From NCBI GenBank assembly GCA_023515725.1, contig JALDTO010000200.1, forward strand, positions 186,001 through 250,000: DNA of 64,000 nucleotides, read 5' to 3'. The notes under the pieces are model-generated. The model was not told the DNA's origin, ran no database searches, and worked only from the letters and a program-made list of their open reading frames with translations. Source of the DNA: Amoeboaphelidium protococcarum X5 (lineage: Eukaryota; Fungi; Aphelidiomycota). Positions 52,480-64,000 of this stretch are shown here, piece by piece (within the stretch, counting starts at the first letter, position 1; each line of letters opens with the position of its first letter). A program made the translations under genes and the position numbers.

Positions 52480-53030
52480 ACACACCAACAGACCCATAGT
52501 CTCAACTTAATTAATTTTAAGGAGCATTGAGGAACAAGACAATGGGATAATCTTTTACTTTATACACGGTAAAGCCGGATGCGAGAAGACATACCTTTAT
52601 AATGTGCAATTTACTATCAAATAAGGCCTTAGCTAAAGCTGCGATTAATCTTGCTACAACAGGATTAGCATCATTAAACTTAGCAAATCGGTGGTTAGAC
52701 TGTTCATAGCTTTTTGGTGCGCCACTTTTGCTTGATAATTAGTCTAAATAGGAGCAAACCTCGCCCTGAAGTTTCAGTAGAATGTCCAAGATTGCAGGCT
52801 GGTCAAGAGAAACTGCTACTTATTTTCGCAGTTTAGGAATGGGCACGTAGAGTCGATCGAGCTAAATCACTCAGAAAAACTGATGGTTACAACTCGGTCT
52901 TCTGCTCCTATTCCGGACACAGTTGTGTAACCTTTTTCTGTGGTGGCCAAAGAAAAGTCTGCTCAGGCTATTGAGAAAGATCTAAAAAAGGTGCTGAAAA
53001 GGACAATCTTAATACCCCATATGTTTTGAT
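52480..53030 (+). mobile_element. Degenerate Pif1-family helicase fragment, probably a Helitron relic
   Basis: FYFIHGKAGCEKTYLYN (Walker A with GKT changed to EKT), AINLATTGLASLNL, frameshifted GG-TVHSFFGAPL, later KRTILIP; central motifs appear deleted. Confidence 0.65.
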
Positions 53031-53895
53031 AGATGATGCAGCTGGACTGAGTAAATATGCATTATAAGCAATTGACAGATATGCAAGGCAACTAATGTAA
53101 GAATAAACTGCCAAATAACCAGTTAACTCCCATCGTTTAGAAGGAAAACCGACATTCTAGGTGGAGATCCACATCAAACGTTGGCCATTGTAAAGCACGG
53201 AAATTAAACCAATATTGTTCAAACTGCGTAATAAATAAGTTCGTTAAAGTATACGAAGAAGCGGGTTTGCTGCTGCTTAAGGTGAATTGGAAGCATCAGG
53301 ATGGATGGATTAAAAATTACGCGGACAGCTGGTAGCTTGCTTCACATTATTTATTAACTATGCTTACGGCGCGCATCTCACTAACATAATCGCATAAACG
53401 CGCTCAGAGATGTTAGAAGTTTGGATGCGATTGATATGCAGGCACTGAAGCTTCATACTATGGGCAACCATGGGGCTTATAGCTTTAAGACACTGCATTT
53501 TGTCTGTAAAGATTCCGATTCTTATCGGAAAAGCTGTCATAGTCTATGCTATGAAGAGAAAGTGGTGCGTCCTAAATGTAAAAGTACTGAGATGGGAGTC
53601 ATATTTGCCTCATTTGGCTGATCAGGTATCATAAACTTCATACAACGTCAGTGCTATACCAAGTGAATTTGCAGTCTAATAAAATTCATTGGTCTATTAA
53701 GTTCCTAAATACTTATATTCTTGCAGGTATTCATTTTATGCTCACATCTCAATCTAAACGCTATACTGCAAGAAATGGATATGCTTCTTTTGGTTCTATT
53801 AAAGAGAGGAATACCATCATTGGATCATAAGTCCATATCTAACACTGACATGCGAACCTTATCAGAATGTCATAGTTAATTAACATTCTAAGAAT

Positions 53896-55069
53896 GCTCG
53901 AGAATAGTCACACTTTATAGACTTCTGCAATAATTGAGCAATTTAAGAAGATGACCAACGCACTAAACTATACTGAGGAAGATATTCAATTGCTGTTGGC
54001 AGCACAATGTCATCTGGGAACAAAGAATGTGGATTCCAAGATGGAAAATTACGTGTGGAAACGCCGTGCTGATGGCATCCACCTTATCAACTTGAGAAAG
54101 ACCTGGGAGAAGATGGTGCTGGCTGCGCGTATCATTGCTGCTGTCGAGAATCCTGCTGACATCTGTGTGATTAGTGCTCGTCCATATGGTCAACGTGCAG
54201 CTTTGAAGTTTGCCAACAACATTGGCGCTCAGGCAATTGCTGGAAGATTCACTCCTGGTACCTTCACCAACTATATCACTCGTGCATTCAAGGAGCCGCG
54301 TCTGATTATTGTGACTGATCCTAGAACTGACCACTAGGCAATCAAAGAGGCTAGCTATGTCAACATTCCAGTCATTGCTCTCTGCGACACTGATAGTCCT
54401 TTGAAATTTGTCGATGTGGCTGTCCCAACTAACAACAAGGCAAAGTACTCTATCGGTATGATGTACTGGCTGTTGGCTAGAGAGGTGTTGCGTCTCCGTG
54501 GTGCCATCAGTCGTGATGAGCCTTGGAATGTCATGGTTGATCTGTTCTTCTATCGTGATCCGGAGAAAGTTGAAGAGGATCAGGCTAATGCTGCCGCTGC
54601 TGCTAGAGAACTTGCTGGTGGTGTTGATGGTGAGGATGCCGGTGCTGCAGGTGAGCAATGGGGTGAGGATACCACTCAAGGTCTGAACTGGGATGCTCCT
54701 GTTGATGCTGCTCCTCAAGAGTCATCCTGGGATGCACAGCCTGCTGCTGCCAGCGCTTGGTGATTTAAATTGGAATTGGGATTGAACAAGTGGTAATGAA
54801 ATGGGAAATAATAAATTGGATTAATTCATAATCGTTGTAATTTCATTCTGATATCAATTTTTTTTTCATCTTATTTTTTAGTCTTGGTCGCATGTTGAGG
54901 CAATGTTAACACTAAAGATGCATAAATATATCATTAAACATTGACAATGATGGACGACTTGCAGTTGGGGCATGATGAGAACATGCGGTGTAAAGTGATT
55001 CTAGTAGAGGCCAGTGCTTGACACCATTCAATTATACACTCGCGATGGAACATTTTCTGGCAAGAGTCA
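53896..55069 (+). repeat. Direct repeat copy 2
   Basis: ~99% identical to 48336..49509. Confidence 0.95.
53951..54763 (+). CDS. RPS0: 40S ribosomal protein uS2 (S0/SA), copy 2 (possibly decaying)
   Basis: Intact ORF; differs from copy 1 by L>M (54458), T>A (54503), E>K (54566) and one synonymous change; keeps only 55 bp of shared upstream sequence. Confidence 0.93.
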
Positions 55070-56195
55070 CAGCTAAACTGCTACGCAACCGATGCTTCTT
55101 CCACATCTGTATAACAGATACTACATTCTAACTATGATTGACTCTACTGAGACTATGAATAACCGACTGATTTAATTCCAGTGGCAGAAAGTTATGGGAA
55201 TATTGAGATGAGATTATCCCTGAATGACTGTGATTGATCCCATAGGTGACACTTTTCGGCCCATTAATTTGTCAATTATTATGACTTCTTTTCTGGCCCA
55301 AGTACAGAAACTTTATTAGGCGCCATTCTCGGAGTCTTTACTGAAATTTACAACTGCAGCTAACAGCCATCAGTTCCAATGGGTAAGCTTATCAGTCCAC
55401 ATTGATCGTCGAGAGAAGTTTAACGCGCGTTGAAACAATCGCACAGTTCCGCTTTCACAGCCAAGTATAACGCGTAGTCGCCAAGTTGTTATTCCAAATC
55501 AGAGATGATAATCTGCAAGGTATTTACTGATGGTTCATATTAGTACATTCTACCAGATTAAGCATAATCTAAAAAGTCTCCACACACAAAAACCTCGTTA
55601 TTAAGCGAATATTTGACTATAAATTCATTTCCGTACAGCCTCAGTGACACAAGTTTACTTTTCAGATCCACATCAACAACGTGTTTATACTAGACGCGCT
55701 CCAACTCATTCACCACCAACAGCTATAGCTTGAGGTCATCCGGATTCGGTCGCGTTTGCCTCACGTACAGTTTATTCTACACAAGTTGAATAAATATTTG
55801 ATTGATCTGGAAAAGATTCATCATCAATACTTGCCGTAATATGAGCCAAGTCCAACAGAAAATTATATGCAGATACAGTACTTTTCAGTAGCTACAAAAG
55901 TTTCATATATCGTTGTAAGGATATAGTGAAAAGATAAACGGTACTTTTCGAATTAATGCTTGATGACCTTGTAGAGCGTCAAGTAATGTACTATCCAAAT
56001 GTAGCTGAGCATACTGCAAATTGAACGAACCTCGTTTTTGAGTGTCTACAACCGCAGCTTGAAATTATTAATCCTACAGCAAATGAGCTTAAATATAGTG
56101 AGTTAGAAGCTATAAATACAGAATTCCATTACCGCAATCTCGAATAATATACGGTATACTTTGCCACCCGCCTCTGAACTGATAAATGTTTTCAT
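54931..56195 (-). CDS. FANCL: FANCL E3 ubiquitin ligase (introns 56074-56132, 55892-55944, 55777-55834 GC-AG)
   Basis: C-terminal RING ECSICY...CDSCQKMFHRECIIEWCQALASTRITLHRMFSSCPNCKSSI matches the FANCL pattern; N-terminal exons resemble the ELF domain. Absent from the ORF track. Confidence 0.82.
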
Positions 56196-56315
56196 TTGAA
56201 GAATCTGTTAATTTTAAGACGTTAACGTGTACAGTATGATGTTTCAACGCAGAGACAAAGCAAGAAATGAATTAGACAATCTTCAAGAGTCGATACAACT
56301 ACTAATTTAAATTAA

Positions 56316-57301
56316 TCAAAGATGTCTCATGATAAAGTCTTGAACACTAAAGACAATACCACTACTGAAGACGACGCGACTGAGACGCGGAGTTGTGCCT
56401 TTCCAGAAGGTAAACAGGCCCTCTTTTAGTAATATCTACTTGCCACAGTCCAGCATCGACTTGTACTGTTTGGACTGAATACCTTGCATACGCGTCTTTA
56501 TGACATCTATCGGCATTGTGAGTATAGTAGATGTGGTACCTGCAACGGCACCACTAGCGAAAGCTTTAGCCGATGATACTTTACCACTGTTGGCACCATT
56601 AGGCAACTGGCCCTTCCAAAAGGTTTGCATCCATTAGAACGCAGTAAATCGAATGGCAGAGTTGCATGCCTATCTCATCACAGTTGGCATAACCCCTTGA
56701 TATATGCCTATAAATCCCTCCTCCCTCACAATAGTCTTGACACCATGAATTAGGCCTCGATACTTTGGCGATACAGTGTTTCGGTCATTTATCAGTTTAG
56801 TTTTAATAGTCTCCGTGGGAATGACAGCCAGTAGAGACTCTGTCACACCAGCCAAGAGTCCCGAGCCAATGCTGTTAACAGTACTAGACTGCACACCCAT
56901 CTTCTGTATCATGGAAGAGTAATGATTGAAAGCGGCGAACCGTATAGCTGCCTTGGCAAAAGTACCTATAATAAGCGTGCTTACACCTTGGTACAAGCCC
57001 AGAAAGCCACGTTCCCTAACAATGACTTTGACACAATCCACCGGGCCTTTATAGATCACTCCACTGACAGTTTTCTAGTTCTATTGTAGCTGCAGTTGCG
57101 TCTTGACAAACTCTGTCGGATACATGATGGTGGCCTAAACATGGATTGAACTTATAAAAGATGGAATATGGGAAACATATATATATATATATATGATACT
57201 CTCACCTCAACCGCTCCAGCTATACCACCGGCAATGAAATTTTTATATGGGTTCCTGCTCTTGCCATGGCTATTACTACTATCCTACTTGTTAGTTGACA
57301 T
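56316..57301 (-). CDS. CTP1: Mitochondrial citrate/tricarboxylate carrier, SLC25A1-like (intron 57135-57205)
   Basis: AGGIAGAVE|ATIMYPTEFVKTQLQL, KAAIRF, PTETIKTKLI, PIDVIKTRMQ, GTTPRLSRV. Confidence 0.9.
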
Positions 57302-57429
57302 TTTTGTACTGTATTCAACGCGAGGGAGGTTTAAGATTGACGATGTTTCAGATTCAAAAGCACAAGTGAGTGAAAGATGCACACGGAGAAGTAAAACTTG
57401 GAGTAAAGTAGTTGGATAGATAGATGCAT

Positions 57430-58204
57430 TCAAAATAATCCATTTTTAATCTTTGTAGTCATTTTATTATACCACTCCTGGAATGCACGTAATGGTATGG
57501 TTGCATCAGATTGAGTGTTGATATCCGAGACAAAAGACGTGATGAATTCATACAGTTGACGCAGTATAGATTCCGCAATCTATCGTTTATCCCCAGACGC
57601 GGCGGAAACTTGTTGTTACTATTATTATTGAGGTTAACGAGCGCGCTAAATCTCAGCCATCTAACTCTAAACTTGATCAATTGGTTCCAATGAAATTCCC
57701 AACTACCCATAAAGAATCACCAGTCATTAAAACAACTTCATTCAATTAGTTAACTCTTACCTGTGCATTTATACGTGAGCCTTGAGTGGTGGAGATATTC
57801 ATGGAGCTTTAGCTATTACCAAGATTCTAAATTTAATCAAATCCCTTCAACTTGAAGATTACACTAGGCTTTTCATTAGTTAATACTCCTACACATTACA
57901 GTGCGCGCGTAAATTTAAAGGATTTAATATCTCACAAATTAAAATTTGTACCTAAAAGTTTCCATCCAGAGATTATAAATTAAAAATGTACCGATGCTCC
58001 CACATTGGCTGGCAGTGGTTAAGTAAGAAACACGCAAATATGATTGACACTAGCAGCATCAATTATATCACAGACGACGTGTGTTGCATCAACCTGTTGA
58101 AAATCAGAGCTCACCTACAACAACAAAATAATAGAAGTATGTTCAAGTATATAACTCAATAATCATATTCTTACTGGTCGCGACGCTATGACATACGCAA
58201 ACAT
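57430..58204 (-). CDS. OPI10: Hikeshi/Opi10 (introns 58115-58174, 57889-57951, 57703-57760)
   Basis: MFAYVIASRP|V..FQQVD...VNHICVFL...WKLLG|VLTNEKPSVIFKL...AQ|LGISLEP...PLRAFQEWY. Confidence 0.88.
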
Positions 58205-58391
58205 GTTAAGGATTTCTAACGATCAATCTCTCACAGATAAGATCATGGATTCAAAAAACGCTTGATAAAAAATTAATAAAAATCGGCCAATTAAAATCTA
58301 TATAATATCATCAGAAAGCAATTATGAGCACAAATTGTGAATGGTCAAAGTATACTACATATACAATGGAGTACATATATATATATATATA

Positions 58392-59120
58392 TCAAAACCA
58401 TGAACTGAACCACGTCGATGTTCTATCCAGTTTCGAGGTGGCACCCTCCACCAGCACAATAATAGACTCTAGATAATCGCGTATATGATCACCAAAATCA
58501 CCATCCATATCATCAAAAACACCCTTCTTTAGAATAATCAACATGATTCTGGTTGATCGTAGACTAAACTTTAACCGTCCAATGACATCGAAAAGTGACA
58601 ATTCTTTCACAGACTTCATCGCGGATAACTCCTTTAACTCTGGCTGTATGAGCTCCCATTTTATTTTCCCCATTGCAACGAGATCGCGAGTGGCACCAAG
58701 CAGTTTATGAACAGAGTCTTTATCGATGGACAGCTCAGGATTCTATCTATGCAGAACATCCAGTACAGCCATCACAGGCTCATAATTCTAATTCATAAAC
58801 TCGTGAAATACTTCACTGATACAAGCCTTCCAGGTGTCATCAATTCCACCGAAACCGGACTGATTCGACGATTCCTATAATCCGTACAAGTCATAATGCC
58901 GCCTAGATCGGGGATTTTTGAGTATATCATACGCTTTATTCAATTTAAGAAAAGCATCCTTTGCACCAGCATTCTAATTCTTATCCGGATGTATCCACCT
59001 AGACTTTTTCAAATACGCTTTCCTGATCTCGTCATTAGTGGCCCCCTTATTCAATCCCATAATATCATAATAATCACTGCTGGACAGTACAAATTAAACC
59101 TCGCTCAATTTCCTATCCAT
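58392..59120 (-). CDS. J-domain (DnaJ) protein, 242 aa
   Basis: DYYDIMGLNKGATNDEIRKAY...HPDKN...AFLKLNKAYDILKNPRSRRHYD. Confidence 0.9.
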
Positions 59121-59656
59121 CCCTTGCAATATGAATTAATATAAAGCACTTTAAATTGATGCGATAAATAATAATGACTCTTGTAATAAAATATAATTTT
59201 CAATTGAATCGAAACTATTGAGAAGAAGAGGAGAGATTCGGCGTGTTGTGTTGTCAGGCGCCCGAGAATTTTCACGGAGGTTGGTAAGACCACTGTGATT
59301 AGCGGCGAACTCTTCTTACACGTAATTTTATTTGACCCAAAATGTTTTGTTTTAAAATTCACATTAGGACTGTTGTTTTATTTCAACTAAAATTTGTACA
59401 GATTCTTATCAAGCATTTGGAAGTCGCATCAACTCTCGAAGCTTTCACTCATTCGCTATCTCATGCTCTCTCGATCTCTCTCTCTTCTGTCTGACTTCCT
59501 TTGTCTTTTGTTCTCTCTCTCTCACTCGCCCCCGTCTAACCTCCTTTCTTCTTTCCTTTCAATCAATCAATCCAATCAATCTCATTGAACATCCTCTGAT
59601 TTAATACATATCTATTATTTGCTGAGTAAATTATAGTAGTGTTTTGGAGTAAGAAT

Positions 59657-61750
59657 ATGGCGTCTATGGATGATTTAATCAAGAAGGTGAACAAGTTGCA
59701 GGATGCATTCTCTGCCACTGGAAGTTCTAATCCTATTGATCTGCCGCAGATTGTTGTTATTGGTAGTCAGAGTAGTGGTAAGAGTTCTGTGCTGGAGAAT
59801 ATTGTGGGCAGAGATTTCTTGCCTAGAGGTACTGGCATTGTTACTAGGAGGCCTTTGATTTTGCAGTTGATTAATGTTCCCGGAAATTAGAAGGATGGCG
59901 GCGATGGTAAAGACGGGGATAGTGGTGAAGGCGAGGAGTGGGGAGAGTTTCTGCATCAGCCTGGCAAGAAGTTCTTCAACTTTAGTGAGATTAGAGATGA
60001 GATTGTTCGTGATACTGAACTGAAGACTGGTAAGAATGCCGGTATATCTCCTCTACCTATCAATTTGAGAGTATACTCCCCGAAGGTGCTCACTTTGACT
60101 CTTGTTGACTTGCCTGGCCTGACCAAGGTTCCTGTCGGAGATTAACCAAAGGATATTGAGAATTAGATTAGAGATATGATTATGAAATTTATTGGCAAGT
60201 CTAATGCAATCATTCTGGCTGTGACTGCGGCCAATACTGATCTCGCCAATTCGGATGGATTAAAACTGGCCCGTGAGGTGGACCCTGAAGGTGTGCGTAC
60301 TGTCGGTGTTCTAACCAAGGTCGATTTAATGGACAGCGGCACTGATGTGGTGGATATTCTGACTGGTAAGATTATTCCACTGCGCTTGGGATATGTTCCT
60401 GTTGTCAATCGAGGTCAGCGAGATATTGAGAATAAGAAGTCCATTAATGCTGCGTTAGATGCAGAGAAGAAGTTTTTTGAATCTCATCAAGCTTATTCTA
60501 GTAAAGCGCAGTATTGTGGTACTCCTTTCCTGGCTAGGAAACTGAATCTCATCCTTATGGTGCATATTCGTAATTGTCTACCTGAGATTAAGGCTAAGAT
60601 ATCGTCAGGCCTGGTCAAGTATTAGACCGAGTTGGCTCAGCTCGGCGATCCGATGGAAGAAGGTAATAGCTCTGGTCAGATTTTGAATATCATCACTGAG
60701 TTTTGCAATGAGTTCCGCACCCTTTTGGATGGTAATGCTAATGAATTGAGTGCTAACGAGTTGAGCGGCGGTGCGCGTATCTCTTTTGTCTTGCATGAGA
60801 TATTTGCTAATGCCATCAAGAGCTTTGATCCATTTGAGAATGTGAAGGATATGGATATCAGGACGATTATGTACAACTCTTCTGGTAGTGCGCCGGCTCT
60901 GTTTGTCGGCACTACTGCATTTGAGGTTATTGTGAAGCAGTAGATTAAGCGTCTGGAAGATCCAAGTCTGAAGTGTGTCAATATGGTTTATGATGAGCTG
61001 GTACGTATTCTGGGTCAGCTGTTGTAGAAGCCAGTGTTTAGAAGATTTCCGAACCTTCGTGATAGATTCAACTAGATTGTAATCACCTATTTCAAAAAGT
61101 GTATTAATCCTACGAATAAGTTGGTTTCCGATATGATCATGGCCGAGTCTTGTTACATTAACACTGCTCATCCGGATTTTATCAGTGGACACAAGGCTAT
61201 GGCTCTGGTTAATGAGCGCATGAATCCGAAGCCAGCCACTCCTAATGATCAGTCACCAGCTGGAAAAGGAGGCAAAGGCGGGTATAGTGGTAGCTCTGGG
61301 TCTTCTAATCCAAAGCATGATAGTAATAACGACCTGTTTGCATAGACTCAGTAGAAAGATGATGGTTTCTTCTCTAGCTTTTTCGCTAATAAGTCATCAA
61401 AGTCTAAGAAATCTGGCTAGCTGGAGCCACCACCTCCTGTGTTGAAGGCTTCTGGTAACTCCTCTGATCGCGAAATAATGGAGACTGAAGTGATCAAGTT
61501 GTTGATCGCCTCCTACTACAACGTGGTGAAGAGAACCGTGTCTGACATTGTACCAAAGGCGATCATGTTGAATCTGGTGATGAAGTCCAAGGAAGATTTG
61601 CAGCGTGAGCTCTTGACTGAGATTTACTCTAAGCGGGAGCTGGTAGAAGAGTCCATGAAGGAGAGTGAGTTTGTGTAGCAGCGTCGGTAGGAGGTGAAGA
61701 AGATGATTGCTGCTCTTGAAAAGGCTAACGAGATTGTGTCCACAGTTTGA
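59657..61750 (+). CDS. VPS1: Dynamin-related GTPase Vps1
   Basis: [34 protein letters not shown] (Q=TAA), [34 protein letters not shown]. Confidence 0.95.
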
Positions 61751-62425
61751 TAATAATTGTGTGGGTTGGAATATCAATTATATCTGATACTTAATTCCTT
61801 TTTATCCTCAGTCATACAAGTTCTGTCACCCATGAAAACGCGTATTATTTTCCCGAGTAAAATATCAACGACAATGATATTCGAGATTCAGCATCATCCT
61901 TAGCTGCCATCAAAGCGCGCGTAAGATGATCTAATGACAGGATCACAAACCATTGCAATTTGTCCAACTCGTCGCTGCATTCAGAAACTATAAGAATTGA
62001 AAAAATCTTATAGAACCTACCAAACAGCGAGACAATATAGGTATGAGACATTATGAAAGTATGAAGATGAAACATTCTGAGTTGCCTAACAACGGAAGCA
62101 AAGGCGCCAATGTTTCATTCTTTACTCGCCCACATGGCTCGCCCGCTCTCTAAATCGTTATTTTTGACTGGAAAGGAACTCTGAAGCAGAGTTGAAGCTA
62201 AGCTGAAGAATTGTTTTCTTTTATCGCCATTGATTTTTTGTGAATTGACCTCTTGTTAAATACTCTGGACATAGTTTAGCTTGTTTGATATTGATTATTG
62301 CTTCTATTTCTAATTGATTCGGCAAGATATATCTAGTTGTAATTTGCATCAAGTGGGATAGTTGTATCATTTTGAGTATTTGATCAAATCTTATTGGAGA
62401 TCAAAAGTATATTTATTTAGAGACA

Positions 62426-64000
62426 ATGAGCTCAGCAACTGCATTAAATTATAAAAGCAAGACATCGTCATTTGCCACTATATAAGGCAGTAGACCGAGT
62501 AGTATGATTGACAATAGTAGCCATCTTGGAAATGTCAAGTCGATATTCTCTAGTTAGGAAGGTGTTAATACTGTTGTGGATAGAACTCAAGATATTAAAC
62601 TCAAGGTGGCGTAAGCTCTGCTGAATAGTAATCTGAATTTGCTTGCCGCACTGTGTCTATGCACATTTGTGGGAGATGCTGCGGTGGCATTGTCTAATTC
62701 TGTTATATCTCTTCTAAAGTAGATTGATGAAGACACTTCTGATAGATTTGTGCGGAGAGTGTTGCGAACAAAGACTTACATTTATGTTAGCAAAGGACGG
62801 AGGATGGCTGATTTGCTCAGGGATAATTACATGTCAACTATGATCCTCACATCGTATACTAAATCCTTCGGTCACTAGTACTTGAAGAATGTACTCCAGA
62901 GCCCAATGGACCAGGTGGGTGAGCTGATTTGTGAGCCTGTAGAGAGCCAGGATGAGGATGGAAATGTAGTCTAGCTCCGAATGTGTTCTGAGGAGAATAT
63001 TATTAAATGTTGTGAGCTATTTCTCTAAGCCATTCTGAAGAGTAAAGATAAGATGCCTAAAGAGTTTAGAAAGTTGTGTAATTATCTTAGAAATGAGATT
63101 GAATATTTTGAGACACATCCTCCTCCAAAGCCTCTGGAATCTCTTAAAGAGACTGCCGAAGACGAGGATGGACTCAGTAATCTTAAAGTGTAAAAAGGAC
63201 TCTATAGCACTAATAATAGTGGAAGTAAAGCATCCATAGCCGTCTCGTCTCTCAATGTAGGTAGTGGTGGCACGGTAAAGTCCAAGATTAACACCTTTGG
63301 AAAGAAGTTGTCAAGTATGCTCATGGGCAAAGCTTAGTCTGGTGGTAGTAGGCAGAATTCATCTAATCTGCAGAATATGTTCACCAAGTCTTCGAGGATG
63401 AGTCTGAGCCAGGATTAATCTTCTACTGGCGGCGATTCTCCCGCTTCTAGTCGGACTTCGACTAAGCTCAAGTCTAAGAAACATTAGAGTGCTGTGCCTG
63501 GTACTAGTGCTAGCGGTAGTGGTCCTTTTAATAATGATAAGAGTGATAGTCAGCCAGGAAGTAATCGTGTAAGTACTATCGTCAAAGCAGAGGAAGCAAA
63601 TTAGAATTCTCGTCCAAACAGCAAATTAGTTGATGTTACAGACAAGACATTACCTCCGATTACGAAGCAGCTGCCAGATGTTCCGCCTGCTGCAGAGAAT
63701 AGTGTCCCAGAAGTTCAGTCCGTGACAGCTGTGCATCCTAATAGATCTACAGATCTTCATTAGAATATTAGTGTAGACTCTGTTAATCACGACACGACTG
63801 TGGTAGTTGGTGACTGGAGTGGCAAATTGACAAAATTTGCAGATACTGTCACTTCTGAGTTGAGTCTTTTTAGAAGTGTCAGTCCTTCATAGGTGAACAA
63901 TTAAAGTGTTACTAATTTAGACTCTGGATCATCTCAAGATTTATCGCAATCCAAAGATAATTTGAATCTATAACAGACTGTGACTACTTAGACCAATTTA
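62426..64000 (+). CDS. RasGAP-domain protein, partial (runs off window)
   Basis: LLRDNYMSTMILTSYTKSFGHQYLKNVLQSP and ILKSKDKMPKEFRKLCNYL match the RasGAP N-half; a long Ser-rich stretch follows. Confidence 0.72.

Noticed and set aside
53846-53891. Helitron 3' terminus (TGACAT/ATGTCA stem then CTAA)
   Set aside because: Only a 6-bp AT-rich stem with a long loop and no matching 5' TC at the insert edge; compatible with chance.
53963-54718. 251-aa antisense ORF over RPS0 copy 2, and similar antisense ORFs over IRE1, QNS1 and VPS1
   Set aside because: Antisense shadows of conserved genes; the copy-2 ORF is longer only because of one synonymous change at 54403.
1-64000. Mass pseudogenisation, or Sec/Pyl recoding, as the cause of the in-frame stops
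   Set aside because: Internal stops are only TAA/TAG, fall at conserved Gln positions, and come without frameshifts in essential genes.

Overview
Gene-dense eukaryotic nuclear DNA from an early-diverging fungal-type (holomycotan) genome that uses a non-standard code: TAA and TAG are read as Gln and TGA is the normal stop. Invariant Gln positions in IRE1, QNS1, Rab5, SmE, RPS0 and Vps1 are TAA/TAG, so the supplied standard-code ORF track chops every gene into pieces and misses several entirely (COX20, SPT4, SmE, LSM14, FANCL, Hikeshi). The code plus gene content (Rb, FANCL, DOCK alongside fungal-type QNS1, CTK3, Vps1) best fits an aphelid such as Amoeboaphelidium protococcarum; this is inference. 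Re-translated by eye, the window holds about 35 protein-coding genes with 18 short introns (53-80 nt). Most notable: (1) a Rab5 whose CxC prenylation motif is followed directly by TAA, suggesting context-dependent TAA termination or a fossil stop; (2) an extended (T)GTAG 3' splice-site consensus in nearly all introns; (3) a 1174-bp direct repeat (RPS0 plus the FANCL 3' end) flanking a 4.4-kb insert with a Helitron/Pif1-like helicase relic and an orphan membrane-protein gene; (4) two orphan families (secreted Pro/Ala/Gln-repeat proteins; type II membrane proteins); (5) an EF-hand rhomboid lacking its catalytic Ser; (6) a 7TM protein with a long signalling-type tail. No rRNA, tRNA or CRISPR array was recognised. 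Coordinates were derived manually and may be off by a few bases.
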